Source of the DNA: Octopus bimaculoides
Lineage: Eukaryota
Length of the DNA stretch: 64,000 nucleotides
Reading direction: 5' to 3'
Assembly (NCBI RefSeq): GCF_001194135.2
Contig: NC_068988.1
Span: 16,008,006 to 16,072,005 of the forward strand
Shown here: piece after piece, positions 48,762 to 61,590 of the stretch
Numbering within the stretch: the stretch's first letter is position 1
How the letters are laid out: every line of letters begins with the position of its first letter
Position numbers and translations under genes: made by a program
The notes under the pieces: generated by a model
Seen by the model: only the letters and a program-made list of their open reading frames with translations
What the model was told of the DNA's origin: nothing
Databases searched by the model: none

Positions 48762-51103
48762 CTAGAAGAACAATCAAAATCGAGCAGGTATGAAAGTAAA
48801 ATGGCAACCGATAAGAGACGAAACGAATGTATTTAGAAGAAAAGTGGCCGAGTAATTTATAATTTTTCTTTGAAAATGTTTTTACTGTTGGTTTCGGTGT
48901 AGATATTATTATCTTTAACTTAAATGCGCTGTTTGCAGTGTTAGTGCTGTTTATGGTGGCGGAGTTGGTGGTAATATTGGTATTGCTGATAGATTTGTCT
49001 TTTGCATTGTAACGTAGAGTTATCTCCACCTCTCAATTCTGTGTTAGATCGATTTTTTTTTTGTCTCTTTCTTTCCTCCTTTACGCTTTCTTCCGGTAAT
49101 AACTTCCTATTATTTATCCTTATCTTCCTCATTGCAGAATATGTGAGAATCATCTAACAAGAGGAAGTGTAATCCTCGAAGTGCTGTTTTGAAGCCGGGT
49201 GATTTCGTTAATGTCCCTGTCATCCTCTTGACTGCTTTCACAGTTACGAAGTATACTAATGCTGTTTTGGTGGATGTAGGTGCTTCTGTGAGTGTTGTTA
49301 CTGTCGTTATGCTTGTACACTCTTGCTGTTTTTTTTTAGCAGGTTGTGTCGTTGACAGCAGTAGGTTTTTCTTTATTTATCTTCTGCTGTGAGCAGAAAA
49401 CCGTTAGATGGCTGGTAGTGCCATACATATAATATCTTGTTCTTCGGCTCTCTACAGTTACATATAAACTAGTTTCATATGGTTCGAATATGACTTCGAT
49501 TCTCTTCAAATTTGTTTGTGTTAAGAGCTTCCTATCTATCCCCGATCAGGTCTCCTTGCTTAGCTTACACACTTTACATATTTGGGCCTCTTCCTCAATA
49601 TCCTCTATTGAAATTGCCAGGAACCAGCAGATGTTCATTTCTAGTGGCACATCAACCACCCTCGCCTTCGCTACTCACAAGAAAATCAGAAGTGATTTGC
49701 TGTAACGTGGTTACAAAGCGAAATTCTGAACCATACAGCCAACCTGTTTAGTATCAGATCAGCTCTGATCTATCAGGTCTCTGATAAAAGCATTTGAATT
49801 CAAGTCGTGAGCATCTACTTTTATTTTATATCAAGAACTATAAAGTCAAATATATGCTTGATTTGAAGGAGATTTGATTCTATGTATAAATAAGTAACTT
49901 GTAAGATAGCTTTGAAAATTTTTTTTATAGGAAACTTATAAAATAGTGAAATAGAAACGGAAACGATAAAAAGAATTTTCAAACATTTATAAGATAATTC
50001 GAAATAAATAAATTGTGAAATAATTCTAAAACATTTAATAGATTCTAGATATTTATAAAATAGAAGTTATAAAACAATGAAATATGAAGTAAGACATTAA
50101 CTTTTTCGAAAACGCAAACAAACTTTTAAACATTTGTAACAAAGATTGAAACTGTGCAACGATCAATTGCAAAAGTACATTGATTTGCTTTCCATGCTTT
50201 TCTTTTAAAACTATAATTGCTATGGCAATAAAATCGTGTAATTCAAGGACAGCAATAGCCAGTGTATTTAGATGGTTGGGTGGAAATGTTGAAGGAGAGT
50301 CAATCTATGTTTAAAAATAGATAGTAAGTTGTGGAGGAGATGATTGCAGTGAATGATGGGTTTAGAGAGTAAGGCATAGGTTTTGAGAAAAGATGATACT
50401 AAAATGGACACTAAAACAAAGCAACATTTTAATTAAAATGTACTAGAATTAGAATTTTAAGATTTTAGTATTATCTTCTTTAGTATCAATCTGAAAGGTT
50501 GTTTAGAGCCCTAATGATGCACTCACAGTTACATACACACATATAAACGCACGCACGCATATACCCACACACACACGCACACACCACAGAGACACACATA
50601 CACCAACACACACACACAGACATAAACACTTAATATTTTGATTCTGCTTCCTGGGGCGTAGGATACACACACTCATGTACATACGCATTTGAATGTGTGT
50701 ATGTGCGTGTATATATACAATATGATCATTATAACAAGGATACAATTTCTGTAAATTTTACACTCTGACCTGGCACGCATCACCGTTGTGTTGTAGCAAC
50801 CAATAGAATATATTATGGCATCAAAGTGGGAGCCTCCGCAAAATCGTTTGACCTGTTGCAAAAAACTAAATCTCTCTCAGATCAAAATGAAATAGTTTCA
50901 TTAAAAAAAATCAACGCAATAAGATATTGTATAACGTAGTCTAGGTACATTATGTCTCAAAACATTTCGGGATCATTCCTGGATCTGAAATGCTTTTGCT
51001 CATTGATGTGAGCAATGAGGTGTTTCTTATGTATAAACAACAATGATAATAAATGACGTGGAAAAACCAAATAGGAGACTAGAATATAGTAATATCTTCG
51101 TAC

Positions 51104-51260
51104 TGAAGGCAGAATCATTAGCACGTCGGATAATATGCTTAGCGGCATTTCGTCTGCCTTTACGTTGTGAGTTCAAATACTGCCAAGGTCGGCTTTGCCT
51201 TTCATCGCTTATCGACTTTCCTGAACTTGCTGGCGTTGTACTAAAGTTTGAAATCAATAT
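51104..51260 (+). mobile_element. SINE family A, degenerate
   Basis: ggcagaatcattagcacgtcgg...gagttcaaatactgccaaggtcggctttgcctttcatc...aaagtttgaaatcaatat. Confidence 0.8.
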
Positions 51261-51479
51261 CTACACACTGCTACACTGTCTCTTGGTTTAACTGATGCCT
51301 ATCGCAGAGTAGACCATTTATCAGAGATCTGATAGATCGGAGCCCGTCTATTGCTGGCATATATCTGAAATAATATTTATTATTGTAAATGTGCTGGCTG
51401 CATCAGAACTGGTCTATGACAAACCAAGAAAATCAGCAACAAACATAAACACGCTATTTATGGCTACCATATTAGTCAC

Positions 51480-51960
51480 CAGCCACCAACCAGATGATCC
51501 CTCTAGACCCAGGGGTCGGCTTACCAAGATTCCAGTTCTCTCTGGGTCGCACTGCATGCATACAATCAATCAAGTTCTTGCTTGCTGTTCGTTCTTTGAT
51601 ATTCTCTCTCGACAAACATTTTATACGGCATTTTGATCTATATTCCAAAACATTTCCTAAGAAGATGGTCTTGCACCATGAGTAGTAGTGCATAGTGTGT
51701 CCAAAATATGATAGCTTTGTGGACTTGATTCTCGACAGTAGATATCTTTGGCCTTCAGCATTTCTAGTACTGCAGCGTTTGATACCCTAATTTTCCAGCT
51801 TATTCTATACAGACTGTCGAAGTTTCACCATCGTTCTGTACATTGTCTAAGTTTCTGTCTCGTAGGAGTACAAATGGCATAGTATAACAGTATACTAGCC
51901 TCAATATGGGGCTGAAAATTTTTAACAATCTTGTAAATGTCGTTTTAGCTTTATTTGTTC
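51480..51960 (-). mobile_element. Decayed RTE-type LINE 3' region
   Basis: Minus-strand remnants follow the RTE pattern LLYG.E.W...IL.I.W...N..VL...KL.YFGH...GRPR..W. Confidence 0.5.
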
Positions 51961-52099
51961 TTTGAATAAATTCTACACAGCGATCTTCCTGATTTATCAT
52001 TTCTTCTAAATAAGGGCGTTGCAGCTAGTTGCAAGCATTGCAGTACAGAAGTAGAAAAAGAAAAAGAAAATATAGAAAGTTTCTAAAAATGCAGAGAAT

Positions 52100-52777
52100 T
52101 TTACAAAAACCTTTATATTTCAGGCGCAAAGCCCATCCTCAGAATGTGTATGGAGAGTAGTGTATGAGCTGCACACAAACGTACCAGTGTTTCAGACGTT
52201 TCCAAGATGGCCGAAAAAATGTCGATATTAACGAACGTTCTGGGAGACCCGCAACCTGCAGAACTGAGAAAAACGCGAATGTGCGTGTAGCTGTGAATGA
52301 AATCGTCCAATCATCATCCGTGAGTTATCAGAGGATGTGCAGATTAGTTACGGTTCAGTTCAGTCCGTTATCACTAATGATTTGGGTGTGAGACGCGTGT
52401 CTGCCAAGTTTGTGCCAAAACTGCTTTCAGCTGACCAAAAAGACACTCGGATTACAGTTGCACAAGATCTTCTTGAACGATGAAAGCGTTTTCAAAACTT
52501 TACGTACGCCTGTGAGCGGACATCGCCAAGCTTTTGGAAAAATTTGGTGCAGATTTTCTGCTCAACTTCCTCTGTGATGGTTAACGCGACGATCACACGC
52601 TACACACCCTTCTTCCAAGCACAGCTGTAAACATCAGAAGTGAGTTAGAACGTTAAAACTTAGTGCAAATGTACACAGATGAGTTCAAAGTCAATCTTCG
52701 CCAAGCAGTTTCACTCTTCATGCTTTAGCTTCGTTACTATAGCAACAGTCCGGAGACTTATTGATCAGTCCACATGT
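52100..52777 (+). mobile_element. Deleted mariner: N-terminal HTH region plus 3' TIR
   Basis: CFRRFQDGRKNVDINERSGRP, then DLGVRRVSAKFVPKLLSADQK; end gcaacagtccggagacttattgatcagtcc. Confidence 0.8.
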
Positions 52778-52780
52778 ATA

Positions 52781-53007
52781 TAGAGGGTGCGACAGAAACA
52801 TTGTCTCGATTTTAAAGGTTAATAAAAGACAAACACATGAAGATACAAGAAAAAACATTGCATTTCTATGAAGTACATTAAATGCCGTTGTGATTCACGT
52901 GCTTTTCAAAAGTGCATCACTTAAGTCGCGACGGCCAATGTTTTTTTATGTATCATTATGTGTTCGTTTTATTTGAAATCGGGGCTACCATTCTGCCGCA
53001 CCCTGAT
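52781..53007. mobile_element. Tc1/mariner-type MITE
   Basis: Ends TAgagggtgcgacagaa and ttctgccgcaccctgaTA. Confidence 0.7.
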
Positions 53008-53887
53008 ATATATATATATATATATCTATATATATANNNNNNNNNNNNNNNNNNNNNNNNNNNNNNNNNNNNNNNNNNNNNNNNNNNNNNNNNNNNNNNN
53101 NNNNNNNNNNNNNNNNNNNNNNNNNNNNNNNNNNNNNNNNNNNNNNNNNNNNNNNNNNNNNNNNNNNNNNNNNNNNNNNNNNNNNNNNNNNNNNNNNNNN
53201 NNNNNNNNNNNNNNNNNNNNNNNNNNNNNNNNNNNNNNNNNNNNNNNNNNNNNNNNNNNNNNNNNNNNNNNNNNNNNNNNNNNNNNNNNNNNNNNNNNNN
53301 NNNNNNNNNNNNNNNNNNNNNNNNNNNNNNNNNNNNNNNNNNNNNNNNNNNNNNNNNNNNNNNNNNNNNNNNNNNNNNNNNNNNNNNNNNNNNNNNNNNN
53401 NNNNNNNNNNNNNNNNNNNNNNNNNNNNNNNNNNNNNNNNNNNNNNNNNNNNNNNNNNNNNNNNNNNNNNNNNNNNNNNNNNNNNNNNNNNNNNNNNNNN
53501 NNNNNNNNNNNNNNNNNNNNNNNNNNNNNNNNNNNNNNNNNNNNNNNNNNNNNNNNNNNNNNNNNNNNNNNNNNNNNNNNNNNNNNNNNNNNNNNNNNNN
53601 NNNNNNNNNNNNNNNNNNNNNNNNNNNNNNNNNNNNNNNNNNNNNNNNNNNNNNNNNNNNNNNNNNNNNNNNNNNNNNNNNNNNNNNNNNNNNNNNNNNN
53701 NNNNNNNNNNNNNNNNNNNNNNNNNNNNNNNNNNNNNNNNNNNNNNNNNNNNNNNNNNNNNNNNNNNNNNNNNNNNNNNNNNNNNNNNNNNNNNNNNNNN
53801 NNNNNNNNNNNNNNNNNNNNNNNNNNNNNNNNNNNNNNNNNNNNNNNNNNNNNNNNNNNNNNNNNNNNNNNNNNNNNNNNNNNNNNN

Positions 53888-53927
<40 letters not shown>

Positions 53928-55974
53928 ACGTTCTAGGTCACTTTCGCTGGTTTACAGGGGGCCAATCACTCGCCATGTTGGACCACTGAGATCTAAAAGT
54001 TTTATTTTCATTCTCTCTCTGTTTATTTTTTCTTATTCCTTTCTGTTGAAACGTTAAAGACTTTTTTTATTTTTCCCGAGCGTATGTATCTCTGTAATGT
54101 TTGCGCGTATCTTTCACCTATGCATATAACGGAGAATACAAACGGCATTAACTAAACTAATGGCCCACAGATATTTGTTTTGCAGCAATTACTACCACAC
54201 CCTCGTTATTCTCGATATCAGAAATTCAGTACTTGAATGATTGGTCCCCTGTAAACCTGTAATCTACGACGCTGCTTCTCACATACTACCATATAAAATA
54301 AAGTTCTTGGATAATGTCCCAGACTAAGAGAAATCAATGAAAATATTGTTAATGTAAATATCTATACGAGATGGAAGAATAATTTAAGGCTTTCAAGAAA
54401 TCGAATGTAATGCAATCGATGTTAGCTTTTCCATTGATGATTTGCCATCAACTCCCTCAATAGCATAATTAAATGAATAGTATAAATCTTCAGACGTATT
54501 CAGAAACCAAAATAGGATATTGAAAAAAATCTTCTTTCTTGAAGGTGGCATAAGTGAAGTGAAATCAAGAATCGAAACCAATCACGGACTAGGTATGTCA
54601 GAAGCTAACGTTTTCTCCCTTCTTTCTATGGTGCTGAAAACATTGTGTCTAAATACGAAATAATATTCGTGCTTGTAAGAGACCCGCTTTGTTATTATTG
54701 AATAAGCCATACTTAATGAAGGAAGACATTTTTACATACAAATCCTTAGAGTCGTCAATATAAATATATGAAAAATAGAATGAGAGATGAATAAATCCAT
54801 AGAAAGAAGTGGTTAGAGTTCACGCGTGTAAGGTTTCTTTGTTAGTAAGGTTTTCATGTCCATATATAATTTCTTTCAAACTGTTCACCATTATATTCAT
54901 ACCAAGATTAAATCCGAGACCAAACAACAAAGACATATATATATAACACTTACGTGCCATCTTTAGGGAATTAACCTGCGAGTTGGCAACCATATTGGCT
55001 TTGGTTTTCATCTAGCTTTTATGTGTGAAATACTACCATATTGTCGTAAATATAGACTATTTGATCTTGCTTGTCTGCTTATCTCTCATTGTCACTTTCT
55101 GAAAGTTTCCTTCCGGATTTATCGGAAGATTTATATTTGAAATATGCTGTTTCTATGTTTTGCAGTAAAAAAAAATGCCTTCACAGTTGACTTAACACGG
55201 ATCCATCACTCAGAAGTTCAATATCAACTACTATGATATCACACAGAACAAACAAAGCAACAGCAGAGAAGAAGAAGAAAAAAATATTTAGAGTATTCAA
55301 AAGAGTTAAAAAAAAAGAAGCCAACAAAATATATTAAGAATACAAAATTTACAACACTATATGCGATATTGCATAATCGACGACAATATCAATAACAATA
55401 GCAACGAATAAAACGGTTAAAGTAACAAAGTCGAAAGCACCGACAGCTGAGTATTATTGATAACAACAGTGGCACAGGAACAACATTGTTAGCGGCTATA
55501 TAACTGCAACAATAACAATATTGTTGATAATAACGCGGACGCCATCAACAATAGCGAGAATATAAACAACAATAATAACAACAACAATATTATCAAGAAT
55601 AATGACAACATTTAGAAGAATTGTACAAGTCGACAGTTTGTGTAGGAGAATGATTCAACATATGAGTATACACAACTCTCTTTTTCTTTCTCTGTCTCTT
55701 TCTCTCTCTCGCACATACATACATCTATATATACATACACACATATATGATATGCGTGTGCATATGTGTGTGAATATAGATATACATACATACATACATA
55801 CATATATACAAACATACATACACATACATACATATTAAATTTAAAAGTTTCCGTATGAGTAGTAGCAACAATAACCAGAATTATAATTATAGATCAATAA
55901 ATATCAACAATATCAACATGAACAAGCAAACTGTGGGTGACAGCCGGGTATCATGATAGGATACCCGGCTCTTT

Positions 55975-56216
55975 ATCCTATATATGTGTATCCATATATA
56001 TATATCAACAATATATGAGTATATGCATATATATGTACATGTATGTACATACCTTCATCTACATGTACATATAGATACATATCTGGGTACATGACGTTGC
56101 AAAAGAACATGGACAAAATGATAAACAAGGTACAAAAAAAAAACAAGCAGGCTACTTAGAGAACATATCCTTCATCAGCTGCCACCATTAAAACACCGGC
56201 GTTTCGAAGAGTTAGG
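55975..56216 (-). repeat. Second copy of the hammerhead-motif repeat (possible PLE terminal repeat)
   Basis: Minus strand cttcGAAACgccggtGTTttaatggtggcagCTGATGAagga; homologous to 37.66-37.70 kb. Confidence 0.5.
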
Positions 56217-56790
56217 NNNNNNNNNNATATATATATATATAATTTATTTATTTATGTTTTATAGATGTATATGTGTGTGTACACCGATACACCTCTGTGT
56301 ATATGTATGCATGTACTTACGTAGTTATGTATATATGTATGTATATATTTGTCAAAGAGTAAATAATAGGAACGGCTTCAACCAGAATCACAAGAAGAGC
56401 AGGACATCTTTCCAAACAGATAAATCGGAGAAAGTGTTTTGAACTATCGCTTGAATTTATACTTAGGCGGCAACAACAGCAGCAGTAGCAACAACAACAA
56501 CAACAACAACAACAACCTCAGGAAGAACCACGATCAGCTTACAATGGCAAGGAGATAACAACAAAAAAAACACAAAAATCACAATAAGAGCAACAGCACA
56601 AAATGTAAACAAATATTTTATCAAGGATGAACACGATGACAACGGCGGCGACCAGCACCGCCATCACCTCAACAGACGATACCAGTACAGACGCTGGTCA
56701 CTACTAACGCGCTAACACCCATACCCCCACCTTACCGTAATAAACAACCCTAACACTACCACCAGCACTACTGTCAATGCCATGACAATG

Positions 56791-56862
<72 letters not shown>

Positions 56863-57039
56863 GCTGCTGCCGCAGTTAGCACCATCATCACCGTCATAAA
56901 TCGTCCATAGGGAAGAGGTGTACACCTAAAACGAAGTCCAAGATTCATAAGCCATCTTCACATCCAAATGAGCCAGAACGTGTTAAAATTGAATGCATAC
57001 GTTCTATTACATATGTGGCACAAAATTGACGTGTTTGGA

Positions 57040-57180
57040 AATGGTTGCGTAGTTTAGAAGTTCGTTTAGCGACTCCGTAGCTCCAGGTCCTATCTCACCG
57101 AGAGCAGATCACTGGTTTTCAGCAAACAGTATCAGGTTGTGAGAAGAAATCACTTGGAAGATAGTGTGCGGAGGCACTTG
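57040..57180 (+). mobile_element. Highly degenerate SINE family C
   Basis: tggttgcgtagtttagaagttcg...ctccaggtcctatctcacc... loosely parallels 28907-29070. Confidence 0.35.
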
Positions 57181-57759
57181 ACACACAAACACGCCCCCCC
57201 ACACACATACACACATTTATATATATATATATATATATATATNNNNNNNNNNNNNNNNNNNNNNNNNNNNNNNNNNNNNNNNNNNNNNNNNNNNNNNNNN
57301 NNNNNNNNNNNNNNNNNNNNNNNNNNNNNNNNNNNNNNNNNNNNNNNNNNNNNNNNNNNNNNNNNNNNNNNNNNNNNNNNNNNNNNNNNNNNNNNNNNNN
57401 NNNNNNNNNNNNNNNNNNNNNNNNNNNNNNNNNNNNNNNNNNNNNNNNNNNNNNNNNNNNNNNNNNNNNNNNNNNNNNNNNNNNNNNNNNNNNNNNNNNN
57501 NNNNNNNNNNNNNNNNNNNNNNNNNNNNNNNNNNNNNNNNNNNNNNNNNNNNNNNNNNNNNNNNNNNNNNNNNNNNNNNNNNNNNNNNNNNNNNNNNNNN
57601 NNNNNNNNNNNNNNNNNNNNNNNNNNNNNNNNNNNNNNNNNNNNNNNNNNNNNNNNNNNNNNNNNNNNNNNNNNNNNNNNNNNNNNNNNNNNNNNNNNNN
57701 NNNNNNNNNNNNNNNNNNNNNNNNNNNNNNNNNNNNNNNNNNNNNNNNNNNNNNNNNNN

Positions 57760-57828
<69 letters not shown>

Positions 57829-58177
57829 CACTCACATACATACATACACACACACTCTCACGTACACATGCACGCACGCACGCACACACACATATTTATA
57901 CACATGAAATTTGTAGACACAACATGCTGCTAATATCAGTTGTTCATTCCTCACATTTACCTATTGTTGCTATTTGCGTCCTGTGAATCGTGCGTTCATA
58001 CTGTATTTTTAATCTTTTCCTCAGCGGAACATACTATTATATTATGTTAACATAGAAGAAATGCATTATATTATTTTCTGTTTTTGCTGCGTATATCAAG
58101 CGTTGATACCACTACGAACAGTAAAAACCACACCAATTTACTATAAGCGGACTGTACAGCATGAAGTCGTACATTTA

Positions 58178-58249
<72 letters not shown>

Positions 58250-58339
58250 GTCAATATTTACACATACATGCACACTCATGTATGTATGAATATGTGTGTA
58301 TGAGTGTGCGTGTGTGCGTGTGTGTATGTGTGTGTGTAG

Positions 58340-58512
58340 CGTAGAGCCGGGTCCATTTTATATGCCAAATAAAGGTGTCCGCTACTGCAACATCTGCAAC
58401 CGGAGTTTCAAATCCTTGATATGTCTGAATTCCCATATGAGATGACACGGTAAAACATCGAACTGTATCTCGCTGAACCAAAGAGACGAGAGTGTTCAAA
58501 AACAACAACAAC
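58340..58512 (+). mobile_element. Isolated C2H2 zinc finger with (AAC)n tail, probably an RTE LINE 3' end
   Basis: YCNICNRSFKSLICLNSHMR*H (58383-58448); the TGA is consistent with CGA decay; followed by gagacgagagtgttc(aac)n. Confidence 0.6.
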
Positions 58513-58691
58513 ATATACATTCACATGCATTTATATATATTCTGTTTGACGTCTTAGTAACAATGAGTTTCTTCGATTCTCCTGGTTTTATGAATCTAAA
58601 AACTGTGCTCGTATTAATAATTGTTTCAAGTAGATGAGTTCTCTTACGCTGTTTAGAGACTGAAACTAGTTTCTTATCTCTTGACAGGATA

Positions 58692-59165
58692 TACAGGGTG
58701 CTATAGGTAAATTGTTGCCATTTTACATTTTTAACTTCGCGCATGAGCATTGTTTGTTTTGATTTTGTCGACTGCACAGTATAGTAGGGTTACTTGGATA
58801 CCATCTGTGAGAAAACAGTGCCATGACGCAAGTCACTATGCTAGAAATTTGGAAACGACATACTGTACTGCTTAGCATTAAACGCAGGAAGCTCCAATAC
58901 GAACATTTCAGAACAACCGTTGGCTTGCTGTGTTCCCAGAACATGTAGCGAGAGTTATAAAAATCAAATATCCTATCATGGTGTTTGCAGTGATTTTTAG
59001 TGGTGACGACGTTATGCTTCCATTCATCTTCCCACACGGCCTCAGAATCAACACGGTGGCCTACATCAAGTGCCTGGAGGAGGTAATGCTGCCCTGGGTG
59101 AAGAGGGTGGCTGCTGGAAGACCCTATGTTTGACAACAAGACTCTACACCATGCTACACAAAAAG
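58692..59165 (+). mobile_element. Internally deleted maT/DD37D-type mariner, copy 3
   Basis: TIR TAcagggtgctataggtaaattg; KYPIMVFAVIFSGDDVMLPFIFPHGLRINT...PYV*QQDS. Confidence 0.88.
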
Positions 59166-59500
59166 GAGTTCTTACTCCTAAAATCTTAGTCTCGTGTATC
59201 TTTGTGACAATCTTCTGCCATCTACCTCTTATACTCGCATACCCATAACAAATTCTCTCTTCTCTGACGAACATTAAAATGTGTTTATTTACTTTTGCTT
59301 CTTGTTTTAAGTTTCCAGTCAGATAGTCTACGGCTTTTATCTTTAATGGACTCCACTAGCTGCGAACATCTGATGTACCTATTTTGATGTCACCTGGCGT
59401 TCATATATGACTTGTCCGATGTACCTTCGCTAATCTAATTTGACATCACTTGTCCTGTTTGCTTGTTTTGTATTTTCGTCCTGCTCCCTTGGCTGCATAA

Positions 59501-59574
59501 GCAATGAAAGCATTAGCAATGAAAGCATTAGCAATGCAAGCATTAGCAATGAAAGTAATAGCATGAAAGTATTA
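59501..59574. repeat. About 5 x 15-bp minisatellite GCAATGAAAGCATTA
   Basis: Directly visible. Confidence 0.9.
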
Positions 59575-59940
59575 ATAATCCATCGTTGTACCGTACTTCC
59601 TTGCATCTTCTAGTTTTTCTTGCTATTTGTTGTTAGTTGTTTCTTCTTTCATTCCTATCTGTAGTTTCTTCTTTCAGTATCCAATTTTTTATTAATACGA
59701 AGGCAAGGAAAGGCTCCTTGTGAAAATGGTCAATAGAAACAAATACAAGACCACCAATATTTGATGGCTAAGCAGAAATGATGCGATTGGCTCCCAAAAA
59801 TACTATGATCGTACCCGAATGTTGACTGGCTGTCGAAAATAGTTAGCTTTTGCATCAACGCTGACTCGATGCTCGTAGTACTGAGGTCGTACACCAGCAC
59901 TCACTAACTACTAGCGAGATCTTGTCTCATTTTTTATCAG

Positions 59941-60021
59941 CTTCTTACTGTGAAGTCACAAATGTACTTCCTCTCACGCCCAGCAGTTTTATGCACTCTT
60001 TCATTCCTTGTCTCTTTAAGT
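59941..60021 (+). CDS. Candidate 81-nt exon, unverified
   Basis: Acceptor ttgtctcattttttatcag, donor gtaagg; two open frames, one giving MYFLSRPAVLCTLSFLVSLS from the ATG at 59962. Confidence 0.2.
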
Positions 60022-60234
60022 GTAAGGGAAAATATCATTTCTGAAGCAGCATAGGTTAAAAAAATTCAAAACCCCATTTGAAGAGGATCACAGAAATAAA
60101 TATTAGAAGGAAAGGAACACAAAACCAACAAAAACTTTTCGCGGCCGTTGTGTGTGTATATGTGTATATAATTATTATAAGCGTTTCCGTATGCGTGTGC
60201 GTGTGTGCGCGTTTCCGTATGTGTGTGTGTGAGT

Positions 60235-60290
<56 letters not shown>

Positions 60291-61083
60291 TTGTGTGGTA
60301 TATATATGCATCGGTGTCGTGGAGTAAAGAAACTTGCTTGAATGAGCAACTTCCAGTCTACCACATATAAGCATTTTGCAAGGCATGTGCATACTAGTAC
60401 AGACATGGTGAACGTCTACAGGCATATTCGCGTGCGCGCACACACACACACACACAAAGACACACACACACACACACGCACACACATGCACACACACACA
60501 CTAAACCGAAATCGAAAATAACTTGTATATTTATTGTGCGCTGTAACATAAAAATCTCTTGGCAACGTCGCCGGTAAAAGTACAACGAAGTAATGATTGC
60601 TCAGTTGGAATCATGTAACCTCGGACGCTTTTGTTCGTTACTTGTGATATAAATTAAAGACGGACGTAAATAAATGACATTTTAGAGTACAAAATGTTGC
60701 GAAGCAGAAAATGAATTCATAGTCAAGAATAAAATATATTCATTGACCTTTAAATTTCGGGTTCAAATCCAGTATGCGTTGACGTTGTCCATCACATATT
60801 ATGGGAGTCGATAAACTAGGAAGTAGTTATACGGTAGCAAATTTAATTGACGGCCTGTTTTTGCCCTACAGATGTTTGGCTTTCTGTCAAAATAAGAAAT
60901 AATTATTAATATCGTTGCACAGTTATGAGGATATTAATGTCACTTTTGATTGAGCACCGTTAGCATTTCCAAGTTTGGTTGACAGTTGATTGATATATTT
61001 AGTTCAAATCAAATTTCATGAATAAGATTTTATTTTAAAAATCTATTATTAACCGTGCAGTGATGGATTGGTATATACATACA

Positions 61084-61116
<33 letters not shown>

Positions 61117-61183
61117 NNNNNNNNNNNNNNNNNNNNNNNNNNNNNNNNNNNNNNNNNNNNNNNNNNNNNNNNNNNNNNNNATA

Positions 61184-61228
<45 letters not shown>

Positions 61229-61590
61229 GTGCCAATCCTGCACTCGGTTAATAATAAATTATTATACATGTATTATATATAAGTATTCATATATATATAT
61301 ATGTGTGTATGTGTGTGTGCGCGCGCGCGTATACGTATGCATTGCGATACATTATATTATCTTTGGATCGATTTCTGTTGCCCATTAAACTCAAAGAGAC
61401 ATATCGATGACAGACACACTGACAAATATAAATATTGGTGAAATCCTATTTGAATACAATTCATAGCCAACTGTATAGTCATATGAGATTTTATGTCAAT
61501 AATATGAAGTTTTAACAATTAGTTTAACCTTTTACTCAAATTACGCCGATTGCTATTACAATTTATTAGCTAGAGTATCTTATAGAGTAA

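Noticed and set aside
52912-53989. Long ORFs of more than 300 aa (also 28.9-29.7, 30.8-31.7 and 57.1-57.9 kb)
   Set aside because: They consist almost entirely of N-gap.
56746-56927. Possible minus-strand poly-Ser exon with ttttag and gtaagg sites
   Set aside because: Its body is an (AGT)n microsatellite of a kind common throughout the window; no other support.
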